Made by a program: the position numbers and the translations under genes
Part shown: in pieces, positions 49,294 to 63,382 of the stretch
Layout of the letters: every line of letters starts with the position of its first letter
How positions within the stretch are numbered: the stretch's first letter is position 1
Notes under the pieces: model-generated
Databases searched by the model: none
Told to the model about the DNA's origin: nothing
Seen by the model: only the letters and a program-made list of their open reading frames with translations
Assembly: GCA_010093705.1 (NCBI GenBank)
Contig: MU006100.1
Coordinates: forward strand, 186,001-250,000
Length of the DNA: 64,000 bases
Origin: Patellaria atrata CBS 101060
Lineage: Eukaryota
Direction: 5' to 3'

Positions 49294-51309
49294 ACGCCTT
49301 CGCGCCAACGATCTCATATTAAGCATCCTTTAATCTTAACGATTACATCGTCTCATGCTGGTACATCCCTTGTACTTCTACTCGAGACCTGAGGGATTAA
49401 GTAATATCCCTGTCGAACCGATCACCGGCTCCCGATTTTGTCTTTCCTGCTCATTGCATAGCGTAGCGTTGTCTTTGATACCACCCCCTTTCCTTCCAGC
49501 ACTTTTGGAGCTCTCTCGGAACTCATCCCTGCATTTTCGCGGCGCGTGGGGCGTACTAAGGCGGATAATGACTTCCAAAGGTGTTAATTCCCGGTTGATC
49601 TCTATCCTGTTTTCATTTCCGGCGGTCGAGTTTCTCATATGGTGGTTTCCCCTTTGTCGGGATCCCTCTTTTTTCTTCTTGCGATTCTTGTCTGTTTTAC
49701 TGAATGGTGATACGACTGTGCGGAGGAAAGGTGTCGGAAAAGGATATGGGTCTGGGTAGAGTGTTTTGATTTGCGAGGTTAATGTGATTGACTTTGTGTG
49801 TTTGGTTATGTGTGTGATGGCGGCGATGGTTTGACGTGTGCGTGATGTCGGTGATGTTGCGATACATAATATTCAGCTTTCGGCCGAGATCAGCTATAGG
49901 AAGATGGGACTGATGGTTTGTATGATGCCCCTTATACAGGTAGGTTTCCCTTGTAAGAGTACTAAATGGTTGGTATGAAGAGATTAAACGGCTGTATTGA
50001 GGGTATCTGTGCAAATGTTCATCGTCAATTTCACTTTCTATTTTCATCGGATCTTTTCATCATCCATCTAGGCGCCGTCCTCCATCAAAGGAGCCCATCA
50101 CAACATAGACATATGAAGCATGAGGGACTTAACCGTCTTTGCTAAAAGCAGTCAGTCACTTCTCCTCTTTCCACCTCCCGCAATATCATTATCACCTCGT
50201 CATACTGATGAAAGCGAATTAGATATATCACACTAGTTCCCTATCTTTCTTCCATAGTATCAATATTTCTAATATGCAAACTTGAAACACAACCATCCAT
50301 CCCGCCCTACTCTCTCGCACCCATCGACTGTCACACCTTCACAGTAGAACTACCTAACCACCTCAGCTCCTCAGCGCATATGTTCCAGTTCCTAGGACAC
50401 CTCCACCTCGCAAAACCACTTTCCCTCACTACTAACTCTCACTACTAACCCCCCAAAATAAAAAGGTAGAACACGCGATATACACGATCCACGACCCCAT
50501 AACTATCATTTCGTCTTTGGCTGATGCGATATAAGATATAAGATATAAGGTACACAGGACTGGGTTTAGGACCCTGTTATGCCTATTACCACTATTACCC
50601 TTATTACCAAGGTAGTCCGCATAAGTCAGCTGGTTCAACGGGGTGAGCTTATATCTATGGGGCAAGGGGGTAAGTGGTTAAGGCGGTAGGAGATCTACAG
50701 GACGTCGAAGAGGGAGATAACAACTTGGATGGGGGAGTTACGGGCTGATTCTGGTGTTATTAAGTTCCAGCTTGACGGTGAATTTGAAAGGGCTATGCTG
50801 TACGAATTATCAAAGTGCGCTTGTATTACACAGTAAAAGGGATCTAATCTTGCGAAGAGGTAGGAGTGGACTCATATAATAATTGTCCAGCAACTGTACG
50901 GTAACTGAAAAGTACTAATCATGAACTAAGAACTGGTTGTGTGGAATATGGCGGTCAGTTGGTTCCGCAGAGTTGAGAGTACAGCACTTGGGACTGTAAG
51001 GTCAGAGAACAGTTTACTCCTTAAATTTAAAACGGAAGGTACATCCGGCACGATCCAAAGTTATAGACAGCATATCTGCAGTACCTAGAACGGCGAGAGG
51101 TTGTTCTATTTGAACAACTAGTGAACCAAGTTACCAGCATTCCAAGGTCCGAGGAGTGGTGCGTATACAGCGCTAATAATCTGTGCATTACAGCTTAATG
51201 CGCCGAGAACCGTAGGTAAGGTGAACTGGGAGTGATAGAACAAAGGAGAGAATATTGATTGGCAGTTGAACCAGCCCAAGCAGTCAAGATGACTATAAAA
51301 AGAAAGAAA

Positions 51310-53478
51310 CTAAATGATAACAATCTCCCTCACCTCAACGCCGTCAAACAAACAAGACTTCTTCGGGGGAAATTTACCTATCCCGATTCTCTTGAAGTAC
51401 ACCGTGGATCTGTTTACAGCCCTTAGAACAAGAACATACCTCAATTTCTCATTATCAGTGCCAAGCAAAAGGCACAGTACAGGGTCACCGTGTACTACTC
51501 CATCCGCCTCGAGGCAGTCATCTTCGAGCCAGAACATTCTGTTCTTCCAGTTTTGGAGACCTTTTCTGAAAGCCGGAGGTTCCATATTGACTATATATCC
51601 TCCCCACGCAGCCATATACTCGGATGAGACCGTACCATTCACTACAGCACCAGACATCTCTAACAGACCAGATATCGGCTGACGGAAAGGGTCTCCATCC
51701 ACGCAATGACAGAATATGCCAGGCCAATAAAGATTGAGCCGATAGTCCTGCTTCAGGCCCCTTTTGACTTTAAGATTCCAGTTAACGCTACATGTTCCAT
51801 CTTCGACGTTGTAGAATGACATCCACGACCATGTCGGTGCGGTTGATGATATCCTCTTTCTCTCTGGTCTTGTACCTATCTCAGGTATGGTTGCCCATAG
51901 CAAACTTCTCGGGAGATCCGCGGTCCATAGTCCTGCGAAGTATTCAGACTTTGTGTGCTCAGATATGCTTGAAGCTAATCCGGCAAGTGCAACCGCTCGA
52001 TCAGAAACAAAGGTAAGCGACAAAGAGCTGTACAGCTCCACTATTTGAAGCCATGTATCGAAAATCCCTTTCCTGTCATAACCTTTCCCTTGACAAAACT
52101 TAGCAAATTGGCTCTTGACATTTTCCTGCGTTAGGATGTGCTGATAAACTCCCGTCTTTACCCGGAAAAGAGTGTGATATATTTCCCCACACTGACATGA
52201 AACTGAGGAGTTGCACTCATACACTAATTCGGAGGCACTAAGATGAAGAGTTCTAGGAGCAAGCAATCGCTCTTGAAATACCCAAGCTCTCTGGAGAAGA
52301 GGAGCGATGTCGAAATTATCTATCGCGGAATTATGACCAACTATGGGCATGTGTGATACTAAATGAGGACCAAGTATTCGAACACTGAGTCCAGTCTTTT
52401 CGAAGTTGGTCTCCCCATCTAAATTGATGAATTTCAACGGCGGAGGTTTATTCCGACCTTGAATCTTATCTGAGAACCTGAGAGGGGAAAAGTAATCTCC
52501 AGAGCTTGAGGACGAAAATGTTGCTGCAATGTTGAGGAAAGAATTCGAATATATCTGCGCCATCTTGACCGACTCTTCTTTCCAGTCATTCACGTCATCC
52601 TGGACGATACACAGAGAGTCTATCCAAATCCATCTGCAACCGATCGATTTGGTAAGTGCCATTGCATCCTTGAATATTTGCGGGATCTCTTCCCACTGTA
52701 TACCGGCTCTTCGACAGTCATAGTTCCCTATGGTTGTTTTCATCAGGCTACTTGCATTATTGGGAGCACCCCAGCAATGGCTCAAAGTCAAGTATCTTGA
52801 ATAAGGTAGACCTTGAGTTTCAACGAGTCGAGGTATACCACAAGACACCTCCACGAGACGTTTAGGTAATATTGGTGAAGGAGCCCAACAGGCAGTGTGC
52901 TGCATTGTGCATTCTGCTAGCCAACCTTGAAGCAATTTGGTGCAACCAGTTAACTCTAGGTGGGATGGTAACTCATCCGAGCAACCAAACTTTGGGTGAA
53001 TAGGAACATGTGCTAGAGAACTTAGCTAACGTATATAAATTCTAAGGGTTTTCCAGAGGAGACGTGACATACTAGCCCTTGTGTAGAATTCAAGAGTAAT
53101 GCTATCCCGGCACAGTCTTAAAGGTCTTCCTGGTATAAGGTCTATCGTATATTCATGAAACAGGAGATCTAGATCCCGAGCAACCTTGCCCCGGCGATAC
53201 TCAAGTACTCCACTGAATTTGTTCTTTTCAGTTTTGGTAAGCCAATCTTTCTTAAATTCCTCCGAAAATGCGCGAATGCCTTGATGCAAAACAGAGCAAT
53301 ACCTGCATCCTCCTTGTGCAGAATAGGCGAGATCATCGATATCAATTTTACGCCGGCGCCTCGAATTCAAAGGGTTGTGCCTGGAGGTAATAGTCAATCT
53401 GTGCCATATTAGTGCTGACGCATAAGATTCATAGTTTAGGTTAAGGCAGGTTGAACAAATGGAGCTGTCCTCGTCCAT
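51310..53478 (-). CDS. HET-domain protein (TOL-like), apparently intact
   Basis: Exons 53478-53073 and 53012-51310. CSTC...GCRYC N-terminus, LPKRLVEV, YLTLSHCWG, WIWIDSLCIVQDD..DW..ES..MA.IY, PLLQRAWVFQERLLAPR, YFAGLW, APTWSW, FKRIG. Confidence 0.9.
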
Positions 53479-54694
53479 ATGGTGCAAAACAAGAATAGCT
53501 GTTGGTAAAATACACAACTAATTCTACTGAAAGAAAGAGTGACGGGTAGATTACGAGATTAATTGATGGCGGTGATGCTGTATACATATTAAACCGTGTC
53601 CCTTTTGCCTTGCCCCAATGCTTGCAGGTATGTTATAAGGCTGGCGAAAGTAGGCGGCAGCCCGACCATTCACGTTCCGCAGGCAACGACAAGGAGAACA
53701 TGAAGTAACAGAAGAGGAAACAGGAGATCAACATGGTGAGCAGATGAGAAGACTAGCCATAGAGAACCCAGAAGGTGAAACCCTCAAACAGATGACCTCA
53801 TCCATTGGTATCAGTGCTTGAGAATACACGTTAGGTAGTTATGGCTGTGGAGACATATGGGAAAGATTATGTAAACCCCCTGGAGAGACATATTCAATCC
53901 TGCTGAATGTATGTTGAACTTAATCATGTTGTATCGAAGCTCCTGACTCCAATCAACGCCAAAAGCCCGCTGTCCTGTGAGCTCGAACAGTAATGAAACT
54001 AGAGCAATTGTAAAGAGTGTAAAGCTAGTATTTTGAAGTCCCAAGGCTGAGGGGGATATGTAGCGTCAAGCGAGCAGCTACGATTCGTTCGAGAAAGCGG
54101 GTGGTTCACCTCCCAGGTAGCGGTCAACTGTAATCGTGCCTTACCTACTGTAATGATCATCCAATTATAATACTTTCTGATAGATAGTATTCACATATAA
54201 GTGGTACTATATAGTCTTGTTTCTAAACACCAAGTGAAGAGCAACTTGGGTAGAAAGAGTAAACATCGCGACTTGCAAAGGCCAAGACAAAGACGGAAAA
54301 CAAGCTCGATAGCGTAGAGGAAATTATACAGATATTATTACTGAGACAACCCGCTGTGATAGAAAGATGCGTGGATTAAGGTGAAAGAAACCGGAAGAAA
54401 GACAGAAAAAGGGATGAGGTCGCAAGAAAGTGTATTGGGGCTTCTTAGTCCTATTATGTGAATAGGAAACGTATGGAACTACCTTAGGAAAGTGATTAGT
54501 GAATACGGACGAATTGAACTAAGATGAAAAGGCAAAGTCAATATTCTAGCTCGATTGTATAGTACACTATACACAATAGTACACACTTCTATCTCTCCAT
54601 AGTCCACCATTTCCTTCAAAATTCCCCCTCGGTCGTGACTATCCCGTCTATATCATCAGAGCCACCTCCCAGATATTAGGTAACCCAAAACCTC

Positions 54695-56157
54695 CTACAA
54701 CCTCTTAATAACGGCATCGGCATACTCACTCGTACTCGCTTTCCCGCCCAAATCCCCCGTAATGCTCTTACCCTCCTTCAGCGTCGCAAAAATCGCACTC
54801 TGGATTCTGGAAGCATACTCATTGAGGCCCATATGCTGCAACATCATAATAGAGGACAGCAACAACGCTGTCGGATTCGCAAGTCCTTTACCCGCAATAT
54901 CAGGTGCAGAACCGTGGACAGCTTCGAAGATACTGCACTCATCTCCAATATTGCCCGATGGGGTCAATCCCAAGCCGCCGATCAGACCGGCGCACATATC
55001 GGACAGAATGTCACCGTAGAGATTGGGCATGACGAGGACTTTGTCGTTGTAGGGTACGGGATCGGTAACCATCTTTAAGCAGGTGTTGTCGAGTAACTCC
55101 GCATCAAACTCAATATCGGGATAATCTTTTGAAACTTCTCTGGCTGTATTCAAAAAAAGACCATCACTCATCTTCATAATCGTGGCCTTGTGAACCGCGC
55201 GGACCTTCTTGCGGCCGATTTCCTTGGCGTGTTGGAAAGCGAAACGCAACACGCGCTCAGAGGCCTCGCGTGTAATAAGCTTAATGGACTGTACGACGCC
55301 GTCGACTACGATGTGCTCAATGCCGGAGTATTCGCCTTCCGTGTTCTCACGGATGAGCACGGTATCCACATTGTCGTACGGGGTTTTGTAGCCCGCAATT
55401 GAGACGCAGGGCCGCAAGTTGGCGAAGAGGTTGAAGGTACGGCGGAGAGTTAGGTTGAGGGAGACGTGGCCTTTGCCAATGGGGGTCTGTATGTTATTAA
55501 TACGGTATTATAGCGGACATTCGTGGGCAAGGACGTACGGCAAGAGGTCCTTTGAGTGCGACGTAGTTCCTAGTGACGCTCTCGATGGCTTCGTCTGGAA
55601 TGACGGTTTTGCCGTCCTTGAGCCGGGGAGTAACATCTACAGGTTCCCATTTGATGGGTACCTAGTTCCAATCAGTGCTTGATCACGATGTTTCGAGGTC
55701 TTTGCGCCATACTCCTGCAGCCGAATAAATATCCTTAACCGCTTGTGAGATCTCGGGTCCGATTCCATCACCCTCAATTAATGTTACGGTGAATTTCCCC
55801 TGTAAGTTCCTCCATTAGCTTTCGCATTCTTTTACTGTCCCCCGAGTCCATCGTTGCGCGCGCATAATGTTGGAGCTTTGGAAGTGGAATGATCAACCGC
55901 TTACGTCGTTTCCTTTCGTTCCTTTGAACTTCGCAACCTTTTCATTCGAGGGAACAGCTGCGTATGTGCGAGATAACACCTGTAGTAGAGTAAATTAGCT
56001 CAATGAACTCATATCTAGCCTTTCAGCGATGAGTCGGCGAATTCGAGCTATATGAATGATATTGATAACATACTGGCGCGAAAGTCCGTGATTGAGCAGC
56101 GGTGGCTCTGCGGAGGCATTGCCTCGCGGGCGCTGCGAAAGAGCGGCTGGTCAGCAT
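54695..56157 (-). CDS. idh2: Mitochondrial NAD-dependent isocitrate dehydrogenase subunit 2
   Basis: Presequence [17 protein letters not shown], four introns, [64 protein letters not shown]. Confidence 0.95.
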
Positions 56158-56451
56158 CCTATAAGCTTCCTGCAGGTCGAATAGTAATTTGAGGTCTTTT
56201 TAGAGCTGTTGCAATGTTCTTCGAAGGTGAAATGGTGGTGGGGTGAGGTTGATTGTTGCAAAGCTTGATCGGGTTCGGCGAAAAACAAATCTCGCATGCA
56301 GCTTCGCCGGGGTACGTAGATTGTGTTTCAGCAACTTCAATGAACACAAGCCATATTACCACGAAAAACACGAATATGAGGAATATAAACAGGCATATGG
56401 GAAAAGTGCTAAAACCAAAGTACGATTCATGAGTATTATTCCTCAATAAGC

Positions 56452-59400
56452 ATGGCGGAAGCAGAAAGAACCCTTCTAAATCACTACAATATCACAACAC
56501 TATGGCCCTCGGAGTGGCCAGCAGAGAAGGACAAAAGCGAAAGTTCTGACGACGAGGAGCTCCCCAGGACTGCAGCTGGAAATGCAATTCGGAGATCGAA
56601 ATCACGCTATTCCGTGCTTGAAAGAGGAGCTGGCTATAGAAGCAGCGTACCGGGCGCGCAAAAGAGCAAGGAGGGTGTAGAGACTCTAGTACAGAAAGAT
56701 GAGCCAGATCCACTTGGAAGTGCGCCCAGCGTGGTGCAGATATTACGCCAAAGGGGACTACCTGTCGAGGACGATATGAAGCTGCGTAAGCGTGTCTATA
56801 GCTTTGTGCTTTGTATTAGGGCTCATTTAAAGCATAGGCAATCGTTTCCTCCTGTCATCCACCACCTTCTCGCCCGCACTCTTTCTTTCCCAGGTACACA
56901 ATGAGGCATCCACCGAGTCACTACTTCAGGGATTGGATTTTCTATCTAGATCCATCGAGAAAAAGTCAGCATCACTCAAGATACTTGTTGAGTCAAATTT
57001 CGAGCGGTTTGTCAGAGCAAAGGCCACCATCGACAATGTTTATAATGAGATGCGCAATCAAGGTTTAGAACCAGAATCGCCGCGGAGACCCCATTCTAGA
57101 CATGCCAGTAAGTCCAGCGGTCATTTCCGGGGCTCGAGTAATCCTTTAAGTCCTCCACTTGGGGTCAAACCCTCTCCTAGCGACAAGAAGAAGAACGCGT
57201 TGCTTAAAGAAAGTGAGTACGGGGTTGCAGGCATCAAATCCCCGCTGCTAGATGTCGCAGTCAAGGCAGAAGAAATTTGGGGTCCAGCATTAGGGGGAAG
57301 GGACCGAGAAGAGACCTTGAAAGCTATCTTGGCTGCGGTAGAGAAACATCGACCAATTTTTGAGATTGGTAGTGCGCTTCAGACCAGTATCAAGAGGAAA
57401 GATTATACTAGTCTGGTGGAAAACTACAGACAGGCAAAAGCATTTGCTAATGAAGCTCGAGGAATTGCCGATTATGCGGTTCAGAATAGAGTCGCACTTT
57501 CAGAGGTTCAGACACATCAAATCATCATCACTGCCCGTATGTGGTCCGATGTGGAAGAGCAAGTCCGTGAATTTAAAGGCTGGGTTTGGGGAAGATTATC
57601 TACAGTCGTACAACAACCTAAGACCGAGGCAAATAAGTCAGATGAGTATATGGAACTTATCAAAATCCTTCTTGAACTTGGTGTCGAAGACAATCCCATT
57701 TCATCTTGGCTTTTCCTCAGGGCTGACCACCTAAAGAGGATGATCAATGAGGGCATTGAGTTATTCAGAGCTACGATTGAAGTCAGACGCCGTGAGCTTG
57801 GTCGCACTGATAAACCAAGCATGAAAATGATCACCGGCCACTTACGAGCCGTAGGGAACCCCTCCCAAACTGAATATGTCCCAGAAATGGACAATCCTGA
57901 GATCATTGCCTTCTGGGAGCATACATGGACATGTCTTGGCGCTTTACTGAATACACCAGGTGGGCTATTGGGAGATGTAATGGAATTCTGGGAGACGGCT
58001 CAATCATTCATCGACGGAAGGGCGCAGAGACTCTTACCAGTCGGAATAGACGGCCAAAGTCGACGTCACCACCGATTATCTGTCCAAGGACAGGAACTGC
58101 TACAAAGCTATATGAAAGATCTTGTGGGACTATTTCGAGACGGAATCTTTTCCTTTTTCGCCGATCCACCCATTGACGATTTGTCTCTTATTCTGTCCCC
58201 AATCCCACCCACACCTGACACTCCTAGAACTCCATTATCTGCTACGCTTTCGCCGATTGGTGATGCATTGTCCAAGTTTGACGCGAACAACCCGCCTCCA
58301 CCAGCTTCACCGCTAAGAGGAGAGTCATGGGAGAAATTTGCTTTCTGGGCACCGTGGTCTAATTCTCTCAGTGGAGTTTATCACTTGAGTAAAATGTTAC
58401 TCCTAGTTGGGAACGCAGCTAGTGAATTGGCAAGCCTTACGTTGGTTAAGTCAGATTCCCAGCTTGGCGATCAACTCAAGACTCTAGTAGGAGGAGTCCG
58501 AGAACGATGCGTACAAGCGGTTTGTGCAGCATGGAATATAGATGCTGAACACTGCCGTGTGCTTGAAGACTGGACGAGAGCTGCCGAAAGGCGTGATCTC
58601 ACCAACATGCCATCACGCTTCCTAGCTTTTGAAGGTTACATACTCGGCACAATGCAGAAGATATTGTATCTTTCTGAAGCGATGAATAAGTCAGGATCCG
58701 ATAACATTGTCGTTCCTCCCTCTACGAAGCTTCTACAAATGGTTCGGAGCCAATTTGTGACAACATTATACAAAGTATTGAGTGGTATGGTTGAGAATGC
58801 AGAGAAACTTCGAAGAGTAGATGATGGTGGCGGAACTGACGATCCGGATGGATTAACCATACCTCTTCACAGTTCAGGTACAACAGCTATCAGCTCGGAC
58901 GCAGTTGATGCCTCAAATAAGGTAGGATATCAGTATATTCCATTTTATTTTCAGGTGACTAACGGGGTACCCTTACTAGAATGTGCGAGTCCTATTAACA
59001 CTTAGCAACCTACAAGCGTTGAAGAACGACATTGTACCCCAGCTAATTTCACAGTTCGAGAATAACTTCACTGTCAAGTTAACAGACGAATCGAAGACTA
59101 TCCGAGATGTGCTCCGCCAGATTGATGATCGGCTATTCCAGTCATACGTCAGACCAATGGCCGAGAAGCTGTCAACGATAATCGCAAACTCTATTGCTGC
59201 ACCAGAATGGGTTCCGCAAACAGCACGTCCGACGGATGCAAGCCCCTACGTGTACGAGGTGCTGTTAGGGCTTGTGATAGTACATACAGAAGTATCTACA
59301 ACAGCAGCTCCACTGACCTCCCCTCTGTTAAAATTTCTACTGGAGCGGGTTTCTAGCGCATCCTATGAAGCATTCAAACGACGTCAAAAGTATTCACTTG

Positions 59401-59719
59401 CAGCTCTCATGCAAGCAACATTGGACGTGGAATTTATGGCACAAACATTGGGCAACTACACATCAGAGAAGGCATCAAAGACACAGAGTGATATATATCT
59501 GGCACTTGACGAGCGGACAGACAATGATGCGAGAATGCGGCTACAAAACGAATTACCAGAGCTGCGGGCTATACTTAAGCGGCTGAGGGATGGAACGAGG
59601 GGAGAATTGTGCGTCACCGATCTTCATATGCATGGATATGACTAACTATTGATAGTGCCTGTTTTAAACGACAGAGGAGTACTGCATCAACGAGAGAGGG
59701 GCGGCCGACTTCACGCTGA
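56452..59719 (+). CDS. sec5: Exocyst complex component Sec5
   Basis: Exons 56452-56785, 56838-58921, 58980-59608, 59656-59719. DEPDPLG, FLLSSTTFSP..FLSQVH, LVESNFERFVRAKATID, RVLLTLSNL, LMQATLDVEF, EFACFK. Confidence 0.95.
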
Positions 59720-60534
59720 TACTCGTACTGTTATCGCCACATACCACAGCGGCGTGTGTGATATGAAGTAGGTTACGACGTGTACTATCCAATAGGTCTA
59801 TACTATTATAAAGAGATACCTTGGCGTCGTTGAATCTTCCATTGTATATCAGCTGCATTTGAGTAAGTGAATGGATTCCCAAATCTTCGATTTGTCCCCC
59901 CGATGACGCCCGGAATGAGGTACAAGATGGAATCAATAGACGCGATCTACAGCAAGCGATAACGTTTTACCCTGAGATCGCCGGTAAGACAAAGTATAAG
60001 TGGAGGAGTTGAATAAGGAATGAGGAGCTGCAGAGAGCTATCGCGGTTGTGGAGTAAAGGAAACTTTGAACTCCAATAGATCCTGCGTCATTCTGCCGAT
60101 CTTTCTGCGAGAGGTTAGCAAGGACAAACGTACCATCGTACCTTCCATACATATTATTATGCCTGATATATCAGCAAACAATCAATATTTTTTCAATCCT
60201 CTGACTTTCTTCAACCTTCTCACCAAAGTATTACCAGAGCGTTTCATACTCAACATTTACCCCGCTTCCAAGGTCCCGTCTATATCAACTTCAACTTTTC
60301 TTTGAGTTCACCTTCAGTCAAAACAAGAGCCAAGAACTACGTCAATAAACACTGAAAGCCACTTCTCTTTTATCTTCTTATAACCCATCACACATCTCCA
60401 GACCTCGCTCAATCCAAGCTTGTCTGATCAATCCGGCAAGCTGCCACGGCATAAAAGTCACCTCATAGCTAAACAAATACGACTCTCCCGCATACCGAAA
60501 GTTCACACCAAATTCCCAACACCGAATCCTCATC

Positions 60535-61230
60535 ATGTCCGACCAAAGTCGCCTTGGTCCTTCCCGCACCGAATCCTTTCTCCCTACTCCCTCCGGCCTC
60601 ACTCCGAACACGCGTACTGAGGCGGAAGCCGCCTTCACAGCGAATGCAGAGTACCAAACCGAGTCGGCCGCACCAACCACTCCCCTCGTAGACGGCACTA
60701 GCGACGGCATACAGAGTCCACGCACCATAACAAGTACCAAACCTCCCCTTCCATCTCCAAGTACCACCAGACGCCCTCCAATCCCCACACGTAGTGGTTC
60801 GAACTACCTCGACGCCGCTGCCCGCTACACCGAAGACACCGGAGAAAGCACTGCGGCCTTTACGGGACCTGGTGGTGATGTGGATCCGGTTTTAGTCCCG
60901 GGAATCGCGCCGGGGTTGTCTACTGCCCTGCCTACACAAAGTACAACCGATCTCCCATCCCGTAGCGGAGGTGCGGTGCCTAGTCTACCGACGGGACCAG
61001 ATGGCGCGGTGTCCCCACCCATGTCGCCGGTGGGGGCCTCTGGGGGAAGTTTGAGGAGAGATAGTAAGCCGAGTCTGGCGCAGCTTGGGAGGCAGGGGAG
61101 TTGGAATAGTCAGGATTTGAAGAGACAGTTAATGGGTGGCATGTTGAGGGATGAGGGACAGGAAAGCAATGAGGGGAGTTTGGGGAAAGCGGGATATGAG
61201 AGTCTGGGAGGCGGTGGGGTAAAGGAGTGA
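60535..61230 (+). CDS. Hypothetical Pro/Ser/Thr-rich protein
   Basis: 231-aa ATG ORF in good context (catcATG), with codon and skew pattern like neighbouring genes. C-terminal RRDS...RQGSWNSQDLKRQLM motif. Confidence 0.7.
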   Translation: MSDQSRLGPSRTESFLPTPSGLTPNTRTEAEAAFTANAEYQTESAAPTTPLVDGTSDGIQSPRTITSTKPPLPSPSTTRRPPIPTRSGSNYLDAAARYTEDTGESTAAFTGPGGDVDPVLVPGIAPGLSTALPTQSTTDLPSRSGGAVPSLPTGPDGAVSPPMSPVGASGGSLRRDSKPSLAQLGRQGSWNSQDLKRQLMGGMLRDEGQESNEGSLGKAGYESLGGGGVKE

Positions 61231-61578
61231 GATTGCGTGAGACATGGGGATGGAGATGGGGTGAAAAGGTATAATTCATGCCGAAATGGTGGGAGTGAGT
61301 CTTGAACGGTCTTGACATTCAATTTGGTATGTTACGGTTGATGCGTGCATTATAGAGGCAATACTCAATTGCATTGGGGGTAACAGAGGAGGGAAAAAAC
61401 AAAAAACAAAAACAGAGATTCATCATGTGTACAGTACATATTGAAATCCATCAACAAATCATGACTGATGAGATACTACATTTCGAACCATCCGTACGGT
61501 TATGTCAGAAACTCTCGTGGGTATAAACCTTTGAACTCCAACGTCCGCAAACCCCAAGACTACCCTACTGCGCCCATG

Positions 61579-62340
61579 CTACATAGTCCCCCAAAAATAA
61601 TTCGCATAGAACCACCTCGAAAACTTCGGATCGATATTAACCACATGCACATCCCCTCTATTCGCATTCCTAATAACAGCCTTATTATACTCCCCCGTCG
61701 CAGGATCAGCTTCGACATCAATACCCAGACAGCGGTAGACCTTGAGTTTCAACCTGTTGCACATCAGTCTCTCCGTACCTAACAATACCTCGATATGTAA
61801 ACTTTAAACTCACAAAATCTCATCCTCATTAACGTCCTTATTATTCCTCAACCCTTCCGCCGCCACCGCCGTGTTCTCCCCTTCATGCTCCCGTCCCAAC
61901 ACCCCCCTCAACCCCTCCAATTCCCCTTGTAGGCGCTCGCTCTCGATCTCCGTCTCCGACGCTTGCTTCGCGATCCGGAATTTTTCGGTATCGAGGCGCA
62001 GGATTTCCGAAGCGTGTTCGGTGGGGTTGTGCGACGAGAGGGTTATTTGGTGTTGGTGCTCCAGCTGCTGTGCGCGGCGTTTGAGGGATTGGAGGGTTTG
62101 AGTGTGGTGAGTGGAGATTTGGGTGCGGAATTGGGAGAGCGTGGAGAGGGAGGTCGATATGCGGGTTAGGGAGGAGAGGTCGGGTTGGGGGCGGAAGTTG
62201 GAGGCGCAGGAGGAGATGAGCTGGCATGTGCGTTAGGCTAGATATTGTGTGCAATTTGGAGAGATCTTTGAGGGTGTTTGCGCCGGAAGGGAGTTGGGAT
62301 GGAAGGGACGTACAGCTGCGGGATCTTCGTCGAGGAGCAT
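61579..62340 (-). CDS. spc24: Kinetochore NDC80 complex subunit Spc24
   Basis: Exons 62340-62314, 62220-61814, 61753-61579. [39 protein letters not shown]...KAVIRN...[22 protein letters not shown]. Confidence 0.92.
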
Positions 62341-62703
62341 TGTGTGTAGACTGGGATTTTCGTATAGGTGTGTATGATGGTTCTGCGATCGCGACGGTTC
62401 GAATCGGTGTAGAGATCTGGCTGTTCTGTAATTTATGTACGCGTTGTTCTGGGAGCTAATGGTCGGTTTTCGTGAGTTTGGTGTTCAATGTTTTGATTTT
62501 GGGATCGAGGTGGTGCGTGCATGACCTTTTACCCAGCAACCGGCGAAAGTGACGCAGCTCCGACAAGGCATTCGTGACGGGAGCGTAAGCCATACAGACA
62601 GCCCAGATCCAGGCGAGTGCCACCCGACATTTGCTTGTGATCGTCACAAATTATTATATTACCTACTATTTTACTTCTTCTTATCTCTTTGATACTTTAG
62701 AGA

Positions 62704-63382
<679 letters not shown>

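Noticed and set aside
53811..54044. 77-aa minus-strand ORF between the HET gene and IDH2
   Set aside because: Non-ATG start, no recognizable family and no clear splice structure. It could be a relic but I cannot support it.
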